Assembly: GCA_964371245.1 (NCBI GenBank)
Contig: CAYJKP010000001.1
Coordinates: 379,042-443,041, forward strand
Length of the DNA stretch: 64,000 bases
Source of the DNA: an uncultured Gammaproteobacteria bacterium
GTDB lineage: Bacteria; Patescibacteriota; Patescibacteriia; JAHIZJ01
Direction: 5' to 3'
The translations under genes and the position numbers were made by a program. This document shows, in pieces, positions 57,176 through 64,000 of this stretch (position 1 is the stretch's first letter; every line of letters begins with the position of its first letter). Below the pieces are notes generated by a model that saw only the letters and a program-made list of their open reading frames with translations, searched no databases and was not told the DNA's origin.

Positions 57176-58090
57176 ATGTCATACAGATCGCTCGATCGAG
57201 TGCTGGGGGATATCCAAAAGTTCAAATATCAAGGCGCCACAGCGGTTGCCCGGGCAACGCTCAACGCCTATTGCGACTTTGGTATTCACTTGCAGCTGAA
57301 ACGTACCGCCAATTGGCTGGCCCAAATGAAGGCGGCGCGCAACTACCTCCGGCAGAATAATCGGCCGACCGAGCCACTGGCCCAGAATGGCCTACTTTTC
57401 GTTTGGGACCGCATCCGGCGCCAACCGACAAAATTCATTCTCAAAAAATCAACCGCTGAATTTCTCCTCTTGCTGACGCAAACCCAAGAACGCATCAGTC
57501 TTCTTGGCCGGGCCCTCATTCAAACGGGTGATAAAGTCTACACCCATTGTCATTCGTCAACCGTCGAGCAGCTTCTCGTTAAAACGCACGAAAAAAAGAA
57601 ATTTCAAGTCTTTGCCTCTGAAACGCGGCCGCTGTATCAGGGACACATTACTGCGAAGAAATTACGAGTGAATAAGATACCGGTTACGATTGTCGTTGAT
57701 GGCGCCGGTCCGTTTCTGGTCAGCGAAGCCTCAGGCAAAGAACTCATGATGGATTCGGTCGTCATCGGCGCCGACGTTATTTACGCCGATGGATCAATAA
57801 TTAACAAAATTGGGAGTTATGGCGTAACGCTGGCAGCCGCCGAGCAAGGCGTGCCCGTTTATATCGTTTGCAGCCTGTTAAAATACAGCCAGGCAACCGT
57901 TGTACCGATCGAATGTCGTCCGGCAAAAGAAGTATGGTCAGGCGCGCCAGCGGGTATTGAGATCATTAATTTCGCTTTTGACTGCGTACCGGCGAAAAAT
58001 ATTACCCGGCTCGTGACCGAATTCGGCTTGATCGTGCCGCGTCAGGTTCGGGCGTATGTAAGAAAGTATTATCCCTGGCTGAAACGATGA
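57176..58090 (+). CDS. ribose-1,5-bisphosphate isomerase (e2b2 / eIF-2B alpha-beta-delta family)
   Basis: eIF-2B-like fold motifs (THCHSSTVE, GADVIYADGSIINKIG) and synteny with RuBisCO and AMP phosphorylase. Confidence 0.75.
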   Translation: MSYRSLDRVLGDIQKFKYQGATAVARATLNAYCDFGIHLQLKRTANWLAQMKAARNYLRQNNRPTEPLAQNGLLFVWDRIRRQPTKFILKKSTAEFLLLLTQTQERISLLGRALIQTGDKVYTHCHSSTVEQLLVKTHEKKKFQVFASETRPLYQGHITAKKLRVNKIPVTIVVDGAGPFLVSEASGKELMMDSVVIGADVIYADGSIINKIGSYGVTLAAAEQGVPVYIVCSLLKYSQATVVPIECRPAKEVWSGAPAGIEIINFAFDCVPAKNITRLVTEFGLIVPRQVRAYVRKYYPWLKR

Positions 58091-59328
58091 GAAACGGTTA
58101 TCTCAAACAAAATTATCTCGCGCTCGGAAAACGCATAATCGTGGCGAAACACATCATCGCGACGTTTCGGATCGAATCAACATTGCCCTTGCGTGACAGC
58201 GCTCAAATCGTCGCCGGCGAATCATCGATTGGAACCTGGACAACCATTAAGACAATGAAGGCGGCAACGTTTCACCGTCTTTCTGCAAAAGTAATTCGTC
58301 TATTGCCAAAAGACAAGCTTGTACAGATTGCGTATCCTCTCGAGCTGTTCGAACCAGGAAACATACCGCAACTTTTATCGAGCATCGCTGGAAACATTTT
58401 TTCAATGAAGATCATTGACAAACTTCGCCTCGAGGATTTAAAAATGCCAGCAGCATATTTACATTCATTCCTTGGACCGGCGTATGGTATAGCCGGCGTT
58501 CGACGCTTGCTTAACGTAAGAGAACGGCCACTCATCGGGGCAATCATGAAGCCGAAAATGGGTTTGTCGTGGCGTGAACATGCGAAATATGCCGCTGAGT
58601 GTTTTCTCGGCGGCGCTGATCTCGTCAAGGACGATGAAAATTTAACTGATCAGACGTTTAATCCGTTTGAAAAAAGAGTTCGAGAGACGCTTCGACTGAC
58701 CAAGAAAATTGAAAAGGAAACCGGTGAGCGTAAAATGTGTGCGTTTAATATTACCGCACCAGCCGACGAGATGATTCGGCGGGCGCGCTTCATAAAGCGG
58801 TCTGGTGGCACCTGTGCGATGGTGGATATTATAACAGCGGGTTTCGCTGGCGTTCAAGCCGTGCGTCAGGCAAAGACCGGTCTGGTTATTCATGGGCATC
58901 GAGCCATGCATTCGGCTATGACCCGCGATCCAAAACATGGTATTTCAATGCTCGTGATAGCAAAATTGGCGCGCCTGGCCGGTATTGATCAACTCCATAC
59001 CGGTACGGTCGTTGGAAAAATGGAAGGTTCAGCGCGCGAGACAGTCGCTATTAATTCCTTTTTGAAATCAGCCTGGGGGAACATAAAACCGGTCATGCCA
59101 ATCGCCTCGGGCGGGCTCCACCCGCGGCTGGTGCCAAAATTATGTGATATTATTGGGCAGGACGTGATCATCAACTTTGGCGGCGGCATTCATGGCCATT
59201 CCGATGGAACGCAAGCTGGCGCTCGCGCGGTCAGACAGGCGGTTGAGGCAGTTGCGTCGCACCAACGCTTGACCGATTACGCGAAAACACATTTCGATTT
59301 ACAAAAGGCGCTACGCAACTGGAAATAA
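58087..59328 (+). CDS. rbcL: RuBisCO large subunit, form II/III-like
   Basis: Active-site motifs GGADLVKDDEN, GLVIHGHRAMH and FGGGIHGHS; ~413 aa as in archaeal/CPR type III enzymes. Confidence 0.9.
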   Translation: MRNGYLKQNYLALGKRIIVAKHIIATFRIESTLPLRDSAQIVAGESSIGTWTTIKTMKAATFHRLSAKVIRLLPKDKLVQIAYPLELFEPGNIPQLLSSIAGNIFSMKIIDKLRLEDLKMPAAYLHSFLGPAYGIAGVRRLLNVRERPLIGAIMKPKMGLSWREHAKYAAECFLGGADLVKDDENLTDQTFNPFEKRVRETLRLTKKIEKETGERKMCAFNITAPADEMIRRARFIKRSGGTCAMVDIITAGFAGVQAVRQAKTGLVIHGHRAMHSAMTRDPKHGISMLVIAKLARLAGIDQLHTGTVVGKMEGSARETVAINSFLKSAWGNIKPVMPIASGGLHPRLVPKLCDIIGQDVIINFGGGIHGHSDGTQAGARAVRQAVEAVASHQRLTDYAKTHFDLQKALRNWK

Positions 59329-59335
59329 TGTACCC

Positions 59336-60829
59336 ATGCCGTTTTTCTTAAAAAGCAAAAAACTCGATTTCAAAGCAGAGGGAACGCTGGTCGCCGTGTT
59401 GCGCGAGTCAGAAGCGCGCAATTTTGGGGTTCAACCGGGCGATGATTTGGAAATACGGTGGGGCAAGCGCCGGATCATTGCCGAAGCCGATTTTACGAAT
59501 TCAAAAGTGCGGCCGGGCGAAATCGGACTGTTTCGTGAGATCTGGGAGGAATACCCGCTGCGCCAGCGTGAGATCGTGCAGGTAAAAGTACTCTCACGTC
59601 CCGCTTCGATCCAAGCCATTATAAAAAAGCTGCTTGGCAAAAGACTGTCATACAAGGAAATACATTCGATCATAAAAGATATTGTTGATCGCCGGCTCGG
59701 CCAAAGTGAAATCAGTTATTTCATCGCCAGCAGTTTCGCCCGGCATTATTCAGACGAAGAACTGTATTACCTGACGAAGGCAATGGCTGAAACGGGCGAG
59801 CAATTGAAGTTTTCGGGAAAAGTCGTCGATAAACATTCTGTGGGCGGATTGGCTGGGAATCGCACCTCCATGATCGTCGTGCCGATTGTCGCCTCGACCG
59901 GCCTAGTGATACCAAAAACCTCGTCACGCGCGGTCACCTCAGCCGCTGGCACAGCCGATACGATGGAGGTCTTGGCGCCTGTTGAGCATACCGTTCGGCG
60001 GATAACGAACTTTGTGAAGAAAAATAATTGTTGCTTGGTCTGGGGCGGTGAATTAAACGTCGCGCCCGCGGACGATCGAATTATCCGGGCGTCGCATCCG
60101 CTCGGTATCGAGCCCTACAATAAGATGATTGTCAGCATCATGGCCAAGAAAGTCGCCATGGGGATCAAGTATTTGATCATCGATATGCCGGTTGGGCCGA
60201 CCACGAAGATCCCGAATGTTAAGTTGGCCTGGGAGGTCGAGCGGAAATTCCTCTATCTCGGGAAACGATTTGGCATGAAAATAAAAGTCATGATGCGTGA
60301 AGCGCGAGAACCAGTCGGCCGCGGCGTCGGTCCGGCCTTGGAAGCGCGCGATGTTCTGCGCGTTTTGCAACGGCATCCCTTGCGGCCGCGTGACCTGGAA
60401 CGGAAGTCGATCGCGCTAGCCGGCGAACTCTTAGAATTGTGCGGTAAGTGCCGAGCCGGAAAAGGCCGAACGGTTGCCTATCAAATTTTAGATTCTGGTC
60501 GTGCCTGGAAAAAGATGCAAAAGATTATCGAGCTTCAAGGCGGGAATCCGAATATAAAAGCCGACCGCGTAACCTTGGGTGCGTATAAAAAAAGATATTA
60601 TGCCGCCCGGAGCGGAACGTTAGAAGATATCGATGATGCGGTGATTGATGATGTTGCCCGCTTCCTTGGCGCGCCCGAAGAAAAACTTGCCGGGCTGCAT
60701 TTGCATCAGCGCATCGGAAACAAAATCAAAAAAGGCGATCCAACGTACACAATTTACGCGCAAAGCACCGAGCGACTCCAGCTGGCGATCCAAGCCCTGC
60801 GTAAAATAAAAATATTCACCATCCGATAA
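59336..60829 (+). CDS. AMP phosphorylase (thymidine-phosphorylase family, DeoA-like)
   Basis: DKHSVGG...SSRAVTSAAGTADTME glycosyl-transferase family-3 motifs, with the N-terminal extra domain typical of AMPpase. Confidence 0.8.
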   Translation: MPFFLKSKKLDFKAEGTLVAVLRESEARNFGVQPGDDLEIRWGKRRIIAEADFTNSKVRPGEIGLFREIWEEYPLRQREIVQVKVLSRPASIQAIIKKLLGKRLSYKEIHSIIKDIVDRRLGQSEISYFIASSFARHYSDEELYYLTKAMAETGEQLKFSGKVVDKHSVGGLAGNRTSMIVVPIVASTGLVIPKTSSRAVTSAAGTADTMEVLAPVEHTVRRITNFVKKNNCCLVWGGELNVAPADDRIIRASHPLGIEPYNKMIVSIMAKKVAMGIKYLIIDMPVGPTTKIPNVKLAWEVERKFLYLGKRFGMKIKVMMREAREPVGRGVGPALEARDVLRVLQRHPLRPRDLERKSIALAGELLELCGKCRAGKGRTVAYQILDSGRAWKKMQKIIELQGGNPNIKADRVTLGAYKKRYYAARSGTLEDIDDAVIDDVARFLGAPEEKLAGLHLHQRIGNKIKKGDPTYTIYAQSTERLQLAIQALRKIKIFTIR

Positions 60830-60991
60830 ATGGACCAAAAGCTTGATTCGCGATCACTTGAACTCGAACGCCGAAAACATCGGAGTCGTTTGATGTATAT
60901 CGCCGGAATCGGTTGCCTGGCACTGCTCGTGATCCTCGTCGCGTTAGTGGTTATATTTTTTAATTTGATTGTCGAAGTGCTATCGAAATAA
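60830..60991 (+). CDS. 53-aa single-TM mini-protein (not in the ORF track)
   Basis: ATG overlaps the upstream TAA (ATAAATGG); charged N-terminus then a TM helix. Confidence 0.3.
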   Translation: MDQKLDSRSLELERRKHRSRLMYIAGIGCLALLVILVALVVIFFNLIVEVLSK

Positions 60992-61010
60992 CGAGATAAA
61001 TTCTGAGTTC

Positions 61011-61985
61011 ATGGAAAATATTCATAATACACCGCTCGTATCAGTTATCATCCCGGTCTATAACGCCGAAAAATTTATTGGTCAGACAATAACGGCGCTC
61101 TTACAACAATCCTATAGCAATATCGAGCTGCTTATTATCGATGACGCCTCAACTGATCGAACCGTAGAGGCCATTGAAAAATATCAGGCCCGTGATCGGC
61201 GCATTAAAATTTACAAACATGCGCAAAACACGGGCCAGGTGGTCAGCCGCAATGAAGCGCTACGCACAGCCACTGGAAAATATGTTGCCATCAACGACCA
61301 TGACGATATCTCGCTGCCGAACCGGTTCCGTGACCAGGTGGCGTATTTGGAAAGTCATCCTGATATATTTCTTGTTGCTTCGATCGCAGACCGGATTGAT
61401 GACTCTGGACATGTTGTTGATTCTGTTAGACCGCCGTTGGATCACGAAACCATTGCGCAACAATTGTTGCAAAGAAATATTTTCATTCACTCAAGCGTGA
61501 TGTACCGCAATGATCCGGGAAATATTTTTTACCGACCGAAAATGCACTTTGTCGATGATTACGATTTACTGTTGCGACTGCTGACGCAAAAGAAGAAGTT
61601 TGCATGCCTGCCGCAGACCCTTATCCAATATCGTTCCGGAGCCAATACGCAGACGCTGCGTAATTTAGGAAAAGTGGAAATGTTTGCAGAAAAAGCGCGT
61701 CAGTTTTATCGCGAAAGACAAGAAAACGGACAGGATACGTATGAATCATTCCAGTCTGAGGCCATCCTTGCGCTGGATCCGGAAAACACTGATAATCCAA
61801 CGATCCTGCGGGGAGAAATACAGTCGGCCTTTCGGCTGAACCGATTTTCGAGAGTACGGATAATGTGTCGAAGATTTTTCAAGAAAAACGGATTATTCAA
61901 TAAAATGCTGCTCTATTACATTGCCAGCTATTTTCCGAAATTCGCCATTTCGGGTTTGAGAAAAAGAAAAGGAACGAAAAGCTAG
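61011..61985 (+). CDS. family-2 glycosyltransferase
   Basis: VSVIIPVYNAEKFI...DDASTD...D-D motifs of GT-A fold GT2. Start taken at MENIHN. Confidence 0.8.
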   Translation: MENIHNTPLVSVIIPVYNAEKFIGQTITALLQQSYSNIELLIIDDASTDRTVEAIEKYQARDRRIKIYKHAQNTGQVVSRNEALRTATGKYVAINDHDDISLPNRFRDQVAYLESHPDIFLVASIADRIDDSGHVVDSVRPPLDHETIAQQLLQRNIFIHSSVMYRNDPGNIFYRPKMHFVDDYDLLLRLLTQKKKFACLPQTLIQYRSGANTQTLRNLGKVEMFAEKARQFYRERQENGQDTYESFQSEAILALDPENTDNPTILRGEIQSAFRLNRFSRVRIMCRRFFKKNGLFNKMLLYYIASYFPKFAISGLRKRKGTKS

Positions 61986-62175
61986 AACTCGAGAGAATTG
62001 GCCAATATATTGTTCGTAATCGTCTTGTAATTCATAAGAAAATAAACTAAAGTAAACAGACTCTTAAGTCTGTTCTTTTGTCGTTACGAAGCCTTGACAA
62101 GATTAAACTAGTATGCTAGTATATTATGTTTTTAAGACAATTTAGCTATTAAATTTAGTTTGTTAACAGAACACT

Positions 62176-63090
62176 ATGAATTATTTAGCGAAGATCAAGC
62201 AAAATTGGCTAATGATAACGCTTGTATCGGTTACGACGCTGGCCTTAGCCGTGATATTTACGTTTGTACAGCCGTTCGAATACCGGTCGTCTTTTTCATT
62301 GCTTGTCATTGAAAAGGATCCGAATCTCGACGCGTATTCTGCGGCCAAATCAGCTGAACGTTTGAGCGTTTCGCTTGGCCAAATGATTTACACAACCTCG
62401 TTTTACGATAAGGTTGTGAATTCAGGCTACCTGAGTTCCGATATAAAATTTCCGCAAGACGAAATCAAGCGTCGCGAGCAATGGAAACGGCAGATTGAAA
62501 CCCGCGTTTCACCGGATATCGGAGTAATAAAGATGGCGGTATATAATCAAAACCGTTCTCAAGCGGAAAGCCTGTCTAATGCCATCGCCATGGTCTTGTC
62601 TGAGAATGGCACTGAGTATCTCGGCGGCGGAAATTCAATCGTCTTGAAAATCGTTGATTATCCGACCACGAGCAATCAACCGGTCCGGCCGAACATCGCC
62701 TTGAATCTGGCCGCCGGTATCTTACTTGGATTGGGTGGCTCAATCGGCTACTCGGTGCTTCTCGCCATGCGATCAAAAAATCAAGAAACGGTTCCGTTGA
62801 CTTCCAACAGTACACCTTCTGAAGTGGTACCTGAACAACCGTTCGAACAGCCACTGCCGGTTGAGAATAATTTCATGTTTCAAGAATATGTACCAAAATC
62901 ACAACCGCTCGAACCGATAAACGAAATCACTCCAGAAACCGTTCGACAGAGCAAGCCGATTGCGCCGAATGAAGATACAGGCAATACGAAAATTCGAACG
63001 ATCTACGACCATCTGAAGGATACGCCGGAAACGGTTCCAGGACAACCGGTTTGGAACGGTCCAGAAGAAGAATTTCAAAATTTCGAATAA
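62176..63090 (+). CDS. Wzz/YveK-type polysaccharide chain-length determinant N-terminal domain protein
   Basis: N-terminal TM, Wzz domain, second TM (GILLGLGGSIGYSVLL), Pro/Glu-rich tail. Confidence 0.65.
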   Translation: MNYLAKIKQNWLMITLVSVTTLALAVIFTFVQPFEYRSSFSLLVIEKDPNLDAYSAAKSAERLSVSLGQMIYTTSFYDKVVNSGYLSSDIKFPQDEIKRREQWKRQIETRVSPDIGVIKMAVYNQNRSQAESLSNAIAMVLSENGTEYLGGGNSIVLKIVDYPTTSNQPVRPNIALNLAAGILLGLGGSIGYSVLLAMRSKNQETVPLTSNSTPSEVVPEQPFEQPLPVENNFMFQEYVPKSQPLEPINEITPETVRQSKPIAPNEDTGNTKIRTIYDHLKDTPETVPGQPVWNGPEEEFQNFE

Positions 63091-63299
63091 GGCAAACCTC
63101 GCAAGAGGTCTTGCCACGTTTAGGACGATGCGAATCGTACTGGACGTGTGAGCTCTCTTGCAAGTGGTAGGAAGCGACAGCGCAAGCTCACTGATGCAAA
63201 TTGACATTTTATCTACGGATCCAAGTCACTGGTTCTACAGATAGAGCTAACCAAACGGCATACACAGTCTCACGGTTTGAAAAGGGGAGGATTCGGTCA

Positions 63300-64000
63300 T
63301 GAAGCAGCTCACGGTTCTGTTGTTCGTCTGCGCGCTGGTCTTTTCGGCCAATGCGCTGGCTCAGTGCACTCAGCCCCCGGTGGGCACCGTTATCAACCTG
63401 AAGACCGTGAGCTTGCCGAATGGCAGGAACACGGTTGACGTGGGCGTTCTGGTGAACGACCGCGTGGTCAGGATACCGGTGCCCAAGGCCACAGACTTCT
63501 GCGTCGAACAGACCGGAAAGGACGCCTTCTGGGTGAAGTACCGGGTCTTGGCCTACTGCGACTCGACCAACTGGGTCGCCGTCCAGGATACCAAGCTCGA
63601 GCTGAAACGCTCGGAGAAGCAGCCGGAACCTATCCGGTTGCCGCCCACCAGAGTCGTCAAGCCGGGTGAAGGCTGGAAAACCCTCTCGAAGGAGCTGGGA
63701 GTTCCGGCCGACACTCTTCGCGCCTGGAATGGCCTTGAACGACGGCACGTTTTGCCTGGCGAGCACATCTTCACTGCTGCGCCGGCTGATAAGACCGTCA
63801 TCAGGCGATGGGAGTTTCTCAAGGGAGCCCCGGCGAAGAAAAAGCTAATCAAGCAGATCGAGGACCCGAGGGTACCCGTCCCGGAGTACGTGAAGAATGA
63901 GTGGAAGAGCTTGATCGAGGCATCGCGCCCCGACACCGTTCGCATGTACAGCACGCCGGAACATCCACTCTTCCACGACTTCATCTGCTACGGCGATGAC
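63300..64000 (+). CDS. secreted LysM-domain protein, 3' end off-window, GC-rich (~60%)
   Basis: GGGGAGGA RBS, signal peptide MKQLTVLLFVCALVFSANALA, LysM-like segment GEGWKTLSKELGVPADTLRAWNGL. No stop before the window end, so absent from the ORF track. Confidence 0.55.

Noticed and set aside
63209-63984. Two minus-strand ORFs (185 and 143 aa) at the window end
   Set aside because: A plus-strand ORF with RBS, signal peptide and LysM-like motif covers the same DNA. The minus ORFs have antisense-type composition.

Overview
This 64-kb window comes from a ~50% GC bacterial chromosome whose gene content points to a reduced-genome Candidate Phyla Radiation / Patescibacteria-like organism. The markers are a form II/III RuBisCO AMP-salvage operon, sortase plus giant LPXTG/vWA/DUF11 and NHL/FG-GAP surface proteins, a split comEC, rplJ-rplL, secA, and many small hypothetical membrane proteins. 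I call about 65 CDS, one tRNA-Asp, the L10 autoregulatory leader, several near-consensus sigma70-type promoters and intrinsic terminators. The most unusual features are: (i) an SOS locus, lexA ... dinB on the minus strand, interrupted by a ~1.5-kb GC-rich ORF-free segment that holds a promoter-to-terminator ~300-nt hairpin-rich candidate ncRNA; (ii) AT-rich heptad-periodic inverted repeats that bracket the lexA terminator and a four-helix-bundle (Avd/IVS-protein-like) gene in an intervening-sequence-like arrangement; (iii) a compositionally foreign AT-rich three-gene cassette of unknown function next to the sortase/comEC/adhesin locus; (iv) several GC-rich single-gene islands; (v) domain fusions (alpha/beta-hydrolase-TsaB, FG-GAP-L,D-transpeptidase); (vi) a histidine kinase plus two single-domain receivers directly upstream of the e2b2-RuBisCO-AMP phosphorylase operon. 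No CRISPR array, rRNA, transposase or integrase was seen.
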